NCBI RefSeq assembly: GCF_009914755.1
Contig: NC_060928.1
DNA from: the human T2T-CHM13v2.0 reference genome, Homo sapiens
Direction: 5' to 3' (one strand)
DNA length: 64,000 nt
The translations under genes and the position numbers were made by a program. Below, piece by piece: positions 1 through 14,599 of this stretch. Within the stretch, counting starts at the first letter, position 1. Every line of letters starts with the position of its first letter. Under the pieces are notes generated by a model that was not told where the DNA came from, ran no database searches, and was given only the letters and a program-made list of their open reading frames with translations.

Positions 1-934
1 AAAAGGCACAGAGGATAGTCAACTTACCCAAGTTGAGAGAGCTAATAGATTAAACCCGTAGAGTTACCAGTAGAACTGGTAGATTAAAATGCCACAGAAA
101 CCCAAGCCATCAAAATCTAACTTCTGATTACAGCACACGGTTACACTAAATCTTACCTTCAATTATTACCAGCTGTATGTCTAGAGGGTATTTTTATATC
201 AACCATAAAATACAGATTTGATCATGTCAGTCCTATGTGAATCAATCGATCTTTACAGTCTTCCTCAACACTCTGGCACGGCAATATAGCCATTCAAGTA
301 CCCTGTGCCACGTATTTTCACACTTTCACACACATACTGCTCCCTTACCTAAAACATCCTTCTTCCCATTCTTTCTAGTAAGTTCTTAGGCATCCATCAA
401 AGCCCACATAAAATATCCTCTTTTACCTCTGCCACTATTGAAGGCACTTGGTAGCTGCCTTCCCATACATATGACATTATTATGACTATCTCTGTAAGTT
501 TTTGTCTCTGCCGAAACCTACTCTAACACTTTACTGTGTGATGCTTAAAGATAAGGTGCGATGTGCAACTGAAGCCATAACCATGAACGTGAACATTTTG
601 TGCTGTGACTTTAAATCCATTAGAATGTCTTCAACGCAAATGAATTTGTACCCATGCATGTTATATGGCATCATGCAATGGCCCTTTGGAAATAGTGGTT
701 TACTAAGTTATATAGATGTAAGTGTTGAAACTTATATATCAAATTCATTACATAACATTATGAAAAAAAGCTATTGCGCTCACAGTGGTATTACAAGTTT
801 CTCAATCTAATTTTTATTTGAAACCCTGAATTTTATCACTGACAAAAAATATAGTCAGTTGTTTTCTTTGGTTCATTTGAGAGAATTCCTGCCAGTAGCT
901 AGACCCAAATAACCAGTTTGTCAACGAGTCACTC

Positions 935-1605
935 TTTTTTTTTTTTGCATTCCAATCTTGGGTTTATTCAACACAATTCTTCCACTCTACACAACAAAGT
1001 ACAAACACAATGTCATCTAAAATGCTACAAAGGTATAAAACTCAAAGAGAAATTTTATAGTACTGACTGTACAATAAGAGCAAAAAAGAAAAAAAAAGAA
1101 AAGCAATGTACATGTTGCCAAGATAACCTGAAAGACCACCATGAAGGACAGGCACAACCATGGCTGCAGGATGACCCCACAGAGCTGGCTCTCAACTCAC
1201 TCGCCAATTTCAGAGTAGGGTGGTGGGGTGGTGTGTGTGCATAGGTGCACGGACAGACAGAACCATGCACAGCAACTACCATGGGTGAGAGGATCTTTGG
1301 GGGTGTGTGACCCTTGAAGTCGGAAGAGGCCTCGAGAGGCCGGGCCTAACAGGGTTGGCAGCTGCACTAAACCCTGGGGCAGCTCCCTTTCCAAAAGGAC
1401 ACTGCCCAGCGACAGCAAGGGCACGGCCTGGCCACCATCCCAGGTCATCAGGGAAGGGAAAAGTGTGCTCCCAGGTAGGCAGGGTCAAAGCACCCCCAAG
1501 AGTCTTACTTGTCCCTGGTGGCTCTGCCACTGAACTGACTCTTAGAAACTGGAAATGGGTGAGCTTTCTAGCCAGAAAACCAGAGGGAATCTTGACAGGC
1601 ACACA
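935..1605 (-). pseudogene. Retroposed mRNA 3'-UTR fragment (parent gene not identified) in HPF1 intron 4
   Basis: T12 run at 935-946 (poly(A) on minus), TTTATT (AATAAA on minus) at 963-968, flanking direct repeat GTCAA[C/T]GAGTCACTCTTT at 920-937 and 1606-1623; interior is unique, UTR-like sequence. Confidence 0.8.
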
Positions 1606-1805
1606 GTCAATGAGTCACTCTTTCTAAAAGTGGGGAAAAGTTCATCTCAAAATTCAATCATACAAGGGCTTTTTTTTCCCTTGAGACAAACCACAGTACT
1701 TCAGTATGAGAAATGCTTTCTATGTATTTCCTATTTCATCACAGAATGTTAAAGAGATGAACTCAATGGTAGACATCTAATACATGTATACTCCAACACT
1801 GACAT

Positions 1806-1908
1806 TTTTCAGGCACAGGGTCTTGCTATGTCGTTTAGGATGAACTTGAACTCCTGGGCTCGAGCAATGCTCCCACCTCAACATCCCGAGTAGCCACCAT
1901 GCCTGGCT
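1806..1908 (-). mobile_element. Alu monomer (FLAM-like) fragment
   Basis: cagggtcttgctatgt...gaactcctgggctcgagcaat...gccaccatgcctggct. Confidence 0.7.
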
Positions 1909-4500
1909 CCATCACAAACATTTTTAAATACATTTGCATGTTACTGCTGTGAATAATGCAATGACTGCTGCTACCCTGGTGGCACTATCTTGATTCCTGC
2001 CAAGGTGACAACAGTATTATCCACTATTTACTTTGTGCCATTGGTGCAAAAATAACATTTTATTATCACAAATAGTTTTGACCTTAAGGGTCCCTGACCC
2101 AAGGTCAAAACTGTTTACCCCAGTTATTTTAGGAAAATAAATAAGGCAGAAGGAAAAAAAAAATCATTCCTTTGTTGTTCAAAGTTATTTAAGAATTATG
2201 TTTACTTCCATATGCATTAGACAGTATGAAATGGAATCATTCTACACTATTGTTATTTGCCCACTTCATAACAAATTCAACAAATCAATACCAAAGTATT
2301 ATAGTATATGGATAGTTTATATTTACCTAATCTTCCCTATTGCTGGATATGTTGCCAATTTTTCATTTGATAAACAATCTGTAATACACATATTTCTGTA
2401 CCTGTCCAAAATCCCTTTAATAAACAGCTAGAAGTGAAATTGCTAACTTAAGGGTATAAATGTGTACTTCACATAGTACCTGACAATGTCACCTATTAAG
2501 AAATCTTAGAATATGCTTTCTAAGTTAACATTTTTCAAATGTTAACATTAAACATTTTTCAAACTGCTTTCTACAAAAGTTTTACCAATTAACACATCAG
2601 TAAGGGTTCTTATACCCTAACCATCATTGGTTATTACCATTCTTTAACCTTTAAAAAAAATCTTTGCTGGTTAAATTGGCATTTCTTTAGTTACTATTAA
2701 ATCTTGCAGACACAAGATTTAATAATAACTAAAGATAAAAATGTGTTGATCAAAGGTATGCCTTGAAAGACCTTATTCAGTCTGCCATAAAAATAAATTT
2801 TAAAATATATAAAGAAATTAAGTGTTCTGGTTAGCTGATTTAAGGAGGTAGTACCTAAAAAACTAAAACCGTTATAATACTTTAAAAGTACTAAAATAGT
2901 TATATCTCAAGTAATTTTTTACCCCTGTTTGAGATAAATTATTGGAGGTAGTTCCTCAAATACTCACTTGCTGATCTTCACCTAAGTTATAAATATCACC
3001 CATGTATTTTTTTTTTCTTTTTCATTGTCTATGTTCTCCAATTAGCTTAAAAAAAAAAAAAGATACCAGAAGAGTCTTGGGTTATGTTACATGACCACTA
3101 TTATGTTATCTTTTTTAAAAAAAAAAAAAAAAACATGACTAATAACACAAATGAAAAGTTAGGCTTGTTTTTCGAAAAAGAGACAGTCTCACTATGTTGC
3201 CCAGCCTGAAAAAATTAGGTGTTTTTACATGCCAAGGTATTTATAGAATTAATATTTATGGAGCATCTAGTATGGGGCAGATACTCTGCCCTCGTGGAAC
3301 TTAACATGCTAGTGCCAGAGACAGACAATAAGCAAGAAAACAACAAGAGTTTCTAATAAAGATGGCACCAATTTAAATTGAATGATAAATCCAAAGAGTT
3401 TAAAAGAAGTTATAAATTACAAATACCAAGTAACATTTTATAGGAAACTGAGAGGTATTAGAAAAGAAAGAACATTTTTGGACATCTACAATGTAGCTGC
3501 CTTGTAGATACACCAGTATGTACGTAGCATAGTCTAGTGGTTGTAGTAGGGTGATTTAGTTTGAATTCACTTTACTGCAAATTTGTATGATCAAATCACA
3601 GGGAACAACAGCCCTTTAAAGAGACAGTACTAAAAGAGGTCAAAGAAAAGATAATCTACTTGTATTTGAAGTGATAAAGTTTGCTTTCTTCATTACAATG
3701 CAAACTACACAGCTGCTGACAAATAAAATGGCTTCAAGTCATGTCTGTGGCTGATATAGCACAGACTGGCTCACTCACCTCTATTCCAACCCCTTCCCCA
3801 TGAAAGTTCACTGCATTTCCCATACTACTCTTTAGCTCAGGCTCCACATGGGACCTATCTTCTTCCAAGCAGCTGCAATACTTTGAAATCTCAGAGGCAG
3901 AAGAGATACCACATGGAGGCTGTGCTTCCACGATCTCCATCAATGAGCACAGCTGTAGAGGCATCTGATGGTTCTGCAGCAGCTGTAGCTGAGATCCCAG
4001 CACCTGGTTCTTAGCTTCACGGGGGCTGAGAGGCAAAGAGTAGGGCATCCATTTACCTGGCCCAGATTATACCAAAGATAATGTGGTCCTAGAGCCACTC
4101 ACTGTGGCAGCAGTTCTCGAATTCCCAGCTCCCTGATGGTGGCAGAGACAAAATCCACTGTGAGCCACACAACTGTCATTCCTGGAAGCTCAGCCTGCTC
4201 CCTCAACCCTTCCAAGGATATAATGACCACCTCTTTTTACTTTATTAAGCCTTTCTGTTTGAACCATACATAAGAAATAAACTCTTAACAGGTGTTTAAA
4301 ATCAGATGTCTAACAAAACTGTTGATGTTGCCATGGAACACCTGAGGTCAAGTATTATTTTCGTTAAGTAAAATAGTTACATAAGAGGTGTATTTTTTTG
4401 GTGAAGAGGCACAAAATAACAGTATAGATAAGACTACCTGCAAAAGTCATGGAAATTATCTCTAGAAATCTACAATTATGGGCTTGTCTCAAATCCGCTT

Positions 4501-4797
4501 TGTTTTTTTTTTTGGAGATAGAGTCTCACTCTGTCACTCAGGCTGCAATGCAGTGGCGCAATCTCGGCTCACTGCAACCTCCGCCTCCTGTGTTCAAGCA
4601 ATTCTCCTGACTCAGCCTCCTGAGTAGCTGGGATTACAGGTGTGTGCCACCATGCCTCCAGCTAATTTTTGTATTTTTAGTAGAGATGGGGTATACCCAT
4701 GTTGTCCAGGCTGGTCTCGAACCCCTGACCTAAGCGATCTGCCCACCTCGGCCTCCCAAAGTGCTGGAATTACAGGTGTAAGCCACTGTGCCCAGCC
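4501..4797 (-). mobile_element. AluS element
   Basis: Full dimeric Alu, T-tail at left, degenerate TSD tcaaa(t/c)cc(g/c)ctttgt. Confidence 0.95.
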
Positions 4798-4868
4798 CAT
4801 CAAACCCCCTTTGTAATGGACTAATGTAGTATAAACATTGTAAACAAATATAAATTAAAATATTCTTA

Positions 4869-4994
<126 letters not shown>

Positions 4995-5084
4995 TTAGCT
5001 GCCCATAATTTATATTATCAGGCAAGTGGGATTTCAGGTCTACAGACAACAATTTACACCTATTTTTTTTCCTTTTTGGAGGCC

Positions 5085-5695
5085 TTTTTTTTTTTTTAAT
5101 CATACCAGAATTTATCGATTACATCAAACAAAAATTTCTGTAATGGAAAAGGCAAGTTGCAGTCATAAAAGATGGCATTCACATTCATTTTAGAAAGCAA
5201 CAACGTAGATGTAAAAAATTGTTTAAGTGAAAAATGTAATATTGCAGTCCCATTTTGCAAGCTGAAAAATTTTGTCAACACACATAAAATCTGCACATTT
5301 ACATACTGCATGTTAAAAAATTCCATCACTAAAGTATTATAAATATTGCAAAGTTAGGCTTAAATTTATACTGTTGCTGGTGTATATGTAGTAGATATGG
5401 AATGAATGTTTTCAGTTTAGTAGGTAGCATCCTCAAACAACGGACAACAGTTGTGAAAATTACAAAGACATTTCAATAGCTCAAAATTATCCAAATTATA
5501 GGTACATCGTCCTATTATTACACTTTTTTCCCTTTCTCTGTCACAAATAGGATGATTACATTGTAGCGGTAGGAATACTGCATGGTCTACTTCAAATTAT
5601 TCGATCTGCTAACCCCACACTAGTCATTTTTCATCAGCTCCTCAGTAAAATATCTTTTAAAAAGGAAAGCCAGGTCCCTCCCAAGGATCTAGGTT
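5085..5695 (-). pseudogene. Candidate second retroposed mRNA 3'-UTR fragment in HPF1 intron 3
   Basis: T13 run at 5085-5097, GATAAA variant signal (tttatc 5111-5116), degenerate TSD GA[G/T]GCCTTTTTT at 5079-5090 and 5696-5707, AU-rich non-TE interior. Confidence 0.5.
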
Positions 5696-6661
5696 GATGC
5701 CTTTTTTATAAGGGCATTTTTAAAAAAATTCAAACAAATTTGCCAGTTTTAAGCTCCAAGTTTCTTAGGAATATCTATGATAAATCTTATATAATGGAAC
5801 CTAAAACTAAGATTCTTAGGACCTAGTTGCTTTTATACTCAAATACAAAAAAAAAAAAAAAAGGAAAAACAAGAAAAAGGATTGTAAAACATTAGAGATG
5901 AAAGGATCCTATTCACGTATATAACCAAACCTTTTATTTTAAAATTGAGGAAACAAATACCGAGAGGTTAAATTACTCAGCCAAGGACCTAGTAAGTTAG
6001 GACCTTGGCTACAGTATAATTCAATTCCTAGCCACATGTGCATTCTGCTGTACTACAACACTTCTTCCTGGGCACGTTCCTTCTATTACCTTACATTTAA
6101 TCTTCACTTTAAAGGATAGCATTTCTAATGGTACAAGCGGACAAGTATTTTCCTCCTGGAGTTTCTCTATTTCTAAGTATTCTGCATGCATTCATTTAAT
6201 TCTCATAATATTCCTATCAGGTATGTACAGTTATCCCTATTGTTACAAGACAGGAAACCGAGTCACAGAAAGTCACAGTCAGTAATGATACAGGGTCACA
6301 CAGATAATAAACAAGAGGACCAGTGTGACTCCAGAGACCACTCTTAACTACCAGTTGCCACTCTGGCACACGGCTTATTAAGCACAGCTGCTCTAAATTA
6401 TCTTTCTTGGGCCAAAAGAGCTCTTCTGAACCCAAAAGGGAAAAAAAGTTTACAAGGAAAGGAAAAACAAGTGAGATTAAACCTAAAGAGTTTACCCATC
6501 CTAGGGAAGGTTAAAACGGTAACAGCAAGAACAACAGATGGCTCATATATCCACCAACAGGGGAAAATATGCCTTTCACCTTGGGTGAGGCTAGTGAATA
6601 ACTATTTATCCTCATTAGCAGGACAGCAGCTGTATTTTAGAGGCGAAGAAAAGATCCTTTA

Positions 6662-6913
<252 letters not shown>

Positions 6914-7234
6914 TTAGTAAACTATTTCTAAGCAATTGTCTTTAAAAAGTTTCTAAACTAAAAAAATCTTGAGTTATGTGTGAAGATGTCAGTTATAAAC
7001 ATTCAATGGAAAAGAAGTCAGAGTAACAGGAAAAGTGGTATTTACATTTAGGATTTCCTCTTAAATTTACCACTGAATTAGCCTAACATTTCAGACATTC
7101 CTGTTGTTTCTTATTTTGGCCAAAGCAAGACTGGTTTGTATTCCTATAGGCCCATTACCACACTGCAGTTAGCCTCAAATACTTGTAGTACACACAGGTT
7201 AAGGGAGAGAAAGATAGCAAAAATGTGTGGATTA

Positions 7235-7582
<348 letters not shown>

Positions 7583-8295
7583 TCAGCTAATCACACCAGA
7601 TTCCCCTGACTCTTTGACAATCTATTTGGCCAACCCTAACCCTGGATGACTCCATCTTCCTTCTCTATTCACGGATCACAGACAGGGAGTGTTCATAAAC
7701 CACAAAGACATGAAGTCTGTGCAAGTGTACAATGCATAACTTCAAATGGGTCCTTACTTCTAAGATGGAGGGAAGCACCCCAGACAGGACCCAGTTTTAT
7801 AAGGAGGGAAGGATGAAGAAAACAAAAAAATTCCTGGAAGAGGTAATAACATGAATAGAAGCATGGAGATAACTTGACAGGAAAAATAGTTCAGCTTAAC
7901 TGAAGCTTAGGAGAGCATACACTAATTTTTAAAGCATGAAGAAAACTAAAACCATCCATCTCATTAGCCGAAGATAACAGTTAATAGTCTATTATACAGT
8001 AACAAATTTCCATACTCTCCACCCCCATGAACAGATACAAACATGTAACAAACTGAGAAGGGTTGTTTTGTATTGTAATCTGCTTTTGTCCTCCATCCTG
8101 TCCCATTTAAATGTTCTGAATATTTTTCCATGCTATTCAATGTTATTTGACATGATTTTTTAATAGGGCATAATACTGCATTATAAAGAGGTAACCATCT
8201 ATTCTCTTACTGAGGGATATTTACTATTTCTTTTTTCTGTTCTAAAATGTTTCAGTGAACATCTTTGCTAATAAATGTTTGTATACAGGCATGAC

Positions 8296-8464
8296 TTTTT
8301 TTTTTTTTTTTTTTTTGAGATGGAGTCTCGCTCTGTCACCCAGACTGGAGTGCAGTGGTGTGATCTTGGCTCACTGCAACCTCCGCCTCCTGGGTTCAAG
8401 CAATTCTCTGCCTCAGCCTCCCAAGTAGCTGAGATTACAGGCACCCGCCACCACGCCCAGCTAA
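8296..8464 (-). mobile_element. 5'-truncated Alu (right arm)
   Basis: Right-arm sequence plus T-tail, TSD aggcatgact on both sides. Confidence 0.9.
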
Positions 8465-9155
8465 AGGCATGACTATTTTTAAAGAAACAGCTACACAGTT
8501 CTGTTCTGATCTACTGGCAAAATTCAGAATATGTATCAATACACATTTCCATCAATAGTGTATGACAGTGCCTACTAGTTAAAAAATTTAAATAGTATAG
8601 TGCAAAGTAATGAACACAGCCCATTAACAGTTTCTTTATCCTTTCAGAGACAAAATAAGCACACAGAAAAGTATACAGGGATATGTGTGTACTCTCTCTC
8701 CCCCATGCTATTTTTAAAAAAATACTAATGGTAGCATACTCTATACACTCTTCTTTTTCACTTAACATATTTCAGGCATGATAGTTTATTATTTCCTAAA
8801 AATCTGCTTCATTCTTTTAAAATAATGAAGATCTACTGAATAGATGTGGTATTGGTAGGCATTTAAGCCATTTCCCATTTTTTCTTTAAGTAAATATCCT
8901 CAAACATAATTCTTAGTTTATGTAATCCATAAGACAAGTTCTTGGAAGCAGAACTGTTATAACTCCTGCAACACATGAAAGAGCTTGCTTTCCTTCACAT
9001 TCCCCCAGAATGTGATGAAATTACCTTTGCCAATAAACTAGGTGACAGTGGCATTACTATAGCATTAATCTATATTTCTTTCTATATTTTCTCTTACTAG
9101 AAGAAACATCTTGGAAAATATTTGTTTTCTATGAACAGTTTATATCCTTGGTTAG

Positions 9156-9986
<831 letters not shown>

Positions 9987-10823
9987 TTAGTTCTCCAAAT
10001 TTCAGTAACTCTCCTTGCATAACAGTATCTATCACTCTTGTTCACCCAACTCTATGAAATACATGTGTTTTCCTTAAAACTCTCTAAATGGTCTTTGAGT
10101 AAAATCTGGGAATTCATTTGGGCACAGGAAAAAAGAGTAGTTTATATGGTGGTTAAGAGGAATCCACACAGCAAGTCTTTAAATATATTTTTGTAAGATA
10201 ATGGAAACCACAAAAAACAAAAAGGTAAAAAAAAGAAATAATAAAGAGCAGGAAGAGAGGAATAAAGAAAGGGCAGATTTTGCCCTCTTTTGGTTAAAGG
10301 TGTGAGTCTTTTAAACAGATTCATTGATCAAATGAGAAACAAATAGAAGTAACTGGATATAAGCAATTCATCAGTTAAAAAGCTGTTTCTTTAGCAACTT
10401 CTAGAGTTGTGTCTGAGCTATTCACTACAATCATTACCCAGCCTTAAAAACAGATACCTCCCTTTTGATTTTCCAGATAAAGAGGGAAGGTTAGTGACAA
10501 TGTTAAACATCTATAGTTCCTAATAAAGTTAGCAGAATAGCACTAAACTCTGGGCCAAAAATCCAATTATTTCAGAAAAGGCCTTTTAATGCCAGGATGA
10601 AGTTATAATACTCATCTCTAGGACCACCACAATACAGGTTCATTATATAAGTATACTAGGTTTTATAATGCCTACTAGATATTTGATAAATTTCTGTAAA
10701 GACAATATGCTTAATTGGAAGTTACGTATGTTTAGTTTTCTAAGCAGCAATCTGTTTTTCTATGAACCTAGATTCTTTCTTTTTGGATTAAGTTCTTTCC
10801 TTTTTATTCTTCCTACCTAGAGC

Positions 10824-11017
10824 AGTGGTTCTCAACCGGTGGTGATTTTGCCCCCCAGGGGACATTTGGAGACCTATTTAGTTGTCACCAATTGGAAGAA
10901 ACGGTGCTAGTGGGGCAGAGGCCAGGTATGCTCAACATCCTATAATGCCCAGGATAGGCATCCTCAACAAAGACTACTGGCCCCAAATGTCAACAGTGCT
11001 CAAGTTGAGAAATTCTG
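10824..11017 (+). mobile_element. MER20 (hAT-Charlie) DNA transposon relic
   Basis: cagtggttctcaacc...gattttgccccccaggggacatttgg...gccccaaatgtcaacagtgc..gttgagaaa. Confidence 0.8.
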
Positions 11018-11042
11018 AGCTAGATGTTTCTCATATTTATAT

Positions 11043-11201
11043 ATTTTTTTATTTTATTATTATTATACTTTAAGTTTTAGGGTACATGTGCACAATGTGC
11101 AGGTTTGTTACATATGTATACATGTGCCATGTTGGTGTACTGCACCCATTAACTCGTCATTATTAGGTATATCTCCTAATGCTATCCCTCCCCCCCTCCC
11201 C
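11043..11201 (-). mobile_element. Heavily 5'-truncated L1PA 3' end (~160 bp)
   Basis: L1PA 3'UTR (ttatactttaagttttagggtacatgtgcac...), TSD ctcatatttatat at 11030-11042 and 11202-11214. Confidence 0.9.
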
Positions 11202-11405
11202 CTCATATTTATATTCTTCTATTTTCTCAGTAGTCTGAAGTTTATTAACGTTAGGTATCATTCAACGTCTACAAAATGTAATCAGGTGATACAAGAATGG
11301 TCATGGTAGCATTAATTCCAAGAGCAAAAACAGAACAAATGAAATACCTATTGTTAGGAGAACAGTTGTAAGGTTTTCAAACAATAGACTATTACACTTA
11401 ATATT

Positions 11406-11748
11406 ACAGTTGACCCTTGAGCAACAAGGGTTTGAATTTTGTGGACCCACTTATACATGAATTTTTTTTCCAACCAAATGCAAATAAAAAAATACAGTAT
11501 TCTTGGGATGTGAAATCCACTTATAGAGAGGGCCAACTTTTCGTATACTCGGGTTCCACAGGACCAACTTTGGAACTTGGGTATGCTCAGATTTGGGGAT
11601 ATATGGAAATTTGTTACTGTATACTAGACTATTAACTGTGTTATCTTTGGCTAATGAGATGGTTTGTTTTCTTGTTGCTTTAAAAATTAGTGTATGCTCT
11701 CCTAAGGTCCTGGAACCAATCTCCGTCATTTACCGAATGGTTACTCTA
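11406..11748 (-). mobile_element. MER8-like (Tigger family) element interrupted by ~100 bp of unrelated sequence
   Basis: cagttgacccttga..., gggccaacttttcgtata..., resumes ggtcctggaaccaatc at 11706. Confidence 0.7.
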
Positions 11749-12239
11749 TGGCTACACAATATGGACCAACCTATATTCAATATTTTTAATGAGGAAAAAA
11801 GCTCTTGATTATATGCAGCATGATAGCCTTTTTATGAAGTTCAAAAACTAAGAATAAATATTGTTTAGGTATACACTCATGGGAGATAAGCCTATTTTTA
11901 AAAGGCAAGGGAAAACAAAATTCAGGATAGCTACACTGAAAATAATTGACAGGAAGAAGGCTGAACGGATAGGAGAGGAACACGTGTAGATGTAGAGCTA
12001 TTGTCTGTTTCAGCTTTGGGATTGGGCAATGGGTTCACTGGTGTTTGTTACATTACTTAACATAAATAAGGTCAAAGACGATCATGAATATGGTAACAGT
12101 TTATTATGCCAAGGATTATAATGTGTCTGATTTATAAAAAAAATTACGTTCAACAAAAAGCCTGTTGAACAATGAATCCAAAAGTGAGTATCAATAATAG
12201 CAAATAGTAATAGTAAAGATAATATAATAGTAAAAACAA

Positions 12240-12835
12240 GTAGTTAAGTGATACTTACTGAGAACTTATTTTGTGCTGTTTCACTGTTCTAAGCACCTTC
12301 TGTGGATTAACTCATTTAGTCCTCAACTGTCTCATGCACTAGATACCATTAACCTCATCGTACAGCTGAGGAAACTGAGGTTAACCTCCCTACGTCCCTA
12401 ACTAGGAAGTGGAAGAGAAGGGATTTAAACTCAGGTTTAAATCTGGGTCCACAGCAGATCCTCAACCACTTCACTATGCTGCTTCTCCAACATCAAATAT
12501 AGAACAGTAGGAACATATGAAGTCCTGAGCTATCCTATCTTCTGTTTTCATAACTGTCTTTGTTCAGACGTTCAAAGACTGGCTCCAACTTAAGATGTTA
12601 GAAAAGGCTTAATCTGCCTTGCTGAAAGGCAGTTTTGCATAATAGTTAGGTTGCCTGGGTTGACTCCTGACTCTACTGATTTCCAACCTTAGGCAAGTTA
12701 CTTAACCTCTCTGTGCTTTGTTTTCTCATCTGCAAAAAGGGCATACAGTGCCTATATCGGGGTTGTTACAAGGAATGTTATTATATGTAAAAATACACAG
12801 AACGGTCCTAGCACATAATATACAAATGCTGGCCA
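12240..12835. mobile_element. Two MIR elements in opposite orientations
   Basis: MIR core motifs gaggaaactgagg (12368) and ggcaagttacttaacctctctgtg (12692). Confidence 0.7.
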
Positions 12836-13779
12836 TTACGGTTATAGTCTCTACAGACTCATCTTCATTTCTGTTATTGTATTTCTAGTTAAGCACATCA
12901 CTCCACCAAAGCAGTTCTTCACTGCACCTTCAAAAAGAGAATTTTTTCAGCTGTGCCTTTACTCACACACTAGTTCAGCATCTCCATAGCCCTAACAACT
13001 AGGATTTAGAACAGCTGTCCCCTTCAGAGGCTACACTTCTTCTTTACCCTGGTCTTCCTAGAATGCATGACCCAATATGAAGGATGCCTATACCGATGGC
13101 CCTTTAACAGTTAGTTAAGCCCTCTAAGAATGTCTCACCCTGTCCGATTTATGACACTACCAGAGTAACTTTTCTAAAACTTTAGTTATCACAATGGCAC
13201 TTCTTTCCTGATTCCCCTTATTGCTACTGTAGTGGTTACAGAACTTCCGAAATCGTAGTAAAGTATGAGAATGCACACACTCTCTCCTCCTCCCCTCTCA
13301 GTAGTGCTTTTATGATCAGGTCCCTCTTATTTTCCCATTTCCCTGGCTCCAGCCAAGCCGAACGCTCCGCTACGCCCAAACATCTCCTACAGTTTTATGT
13401 CTCAGAATCTTACTTCTCTGCCTTCAAAACCAATTTTCAAAGAGTTGTCTTAAAAGTCTTCTTTAACACCCCCTGGGACTTGTTAAATCCTCCTTCAGTG
13501 TTTCCATAGCACTTTCTACACACCAGCGTTATAATCCCAAACAAAAAAGTCACAGTAGAATGCATATTTGCTTGTGCCCCTCCTCCCCAGGCCGAGGGCT
13601 CAACAAGCAGCAGGAGCAAGCAGGTTGACCCCCAAATCCGCAGCGCCCCACAGAATGTCAGGTATGTAATCGGTTCCCAATCAATCTGGCTGGGCGAATG
13701 AACCATTGGTTGGCTTAATCCGTTTCCCCAGGAAATGCTCCAAGAGGAGCTGGGCAGAAGATGCAGAGGAGCTACTTTC

Positions 13780-14240
13780 CTGGTCCAACCCCCTGCAGAG
13801 CGCGAAACAGCGGCCCTGGGCAGGATCCCCGCAGCAAACCGCAGCCCCTGGACACACAGCAAGCTTAATAGTCACTGGATGAATGAAAAGCGCTGCCTCC
13901 TGGTGCCCTGGCTGTCACCCAAAGCGCCCCGCGTAGCCCGCACAGCCTTTCCGGCAGTACCTGCGGCCCCTCCCCGCCGGGCCTGCGCTTCCCGCCACCG
14001 CCGACCATTCTGCAGCTGCAGCGCCAGCAGAATTCCCCGATCCGCGGCCGCTTCCGAGCGCCGCCAACCGCTTCCGGGTTCAAAAGCCTCCAAGCCGAAT
14101 TTCAGCGCCGCCCGGGCTCGCCAATTTAGGGGAAAGGCTCCGCCCATTCCCCGCCCCCTGAGACCTGGCACCGGACGCGTTGAGGCCCCGCCCACTCCCG
14201 TGCTGGGCGCGTGCAAGGAGCGTCTTCTGTCAGCGTAGTC
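13780..14240 (-). promoter_or_regulatory. HPF1: HPF1 CpG-island promoter (TATA-less; ETS/GABP, GC boxes, CCAAT)
   Basis: Dense CpG; CGGAAG on minus at 14051-14056 and CCGGAAG at 14071-14077; CCAAT at 14121-14125; GC boxes at 14138-14157 and 14184-14193; surrounds the ATG. Confidence 0.85.
13961..14008 (-). CDS. HPF1: HPF1 coding exon 1 (MVGGGGKRRPGGEGPQ)
   Basis: ATG at 14006-14008, GT donor at 13959-13960; exons 1-4 splice in frame (48+160+190+99 nt). Confidence 0.96.
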
Positions 14241-14599
14241 TGCATCTAGGCTTTCTGGAGCATCTTCCAGGGTCGCTCCAGAGACCCCCCAGACTACTGA
14301 ATCTGAATCCTTAGAGTGGTCCAACCTTCCTCTTCAGGTGTCTACTAGAGGCAAGGTTGGATGTATGCGGCTGTTCTCAATACAGCCCCTTCCTTGTTTT
14401 TTCTTCATTTATATTTACTTAAAATATTAATCCTTTTCTCCTTCTCCTCCATCCCTCTCCCTACCCTACTGTACGGTTATTGGCTTACACTAATTCATTC
14501 CCGATTGTCTCCAAGAAGGAAATAAATGTCTGTCGGTCTCTGTCTCTGTACCGTCGTCTTCTTGGTACAATTTGGACTGTTTTTCCTCTACACCGCTGA

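Noticed and set aside
1-900. Further HPF1 exons (exon 5 onward)
   Set aside because: No sequence encoding the expected LFLTKKL... continuation is visible; it lies beyond the left edge of the window.
13437-14324. Long overlapping ORFs (141-167 aa) around HPF1 exon 1
   Set aside because: GC-rich CpG island with few stop codons; only 13961-14008 matches a known protein and splices in frame.
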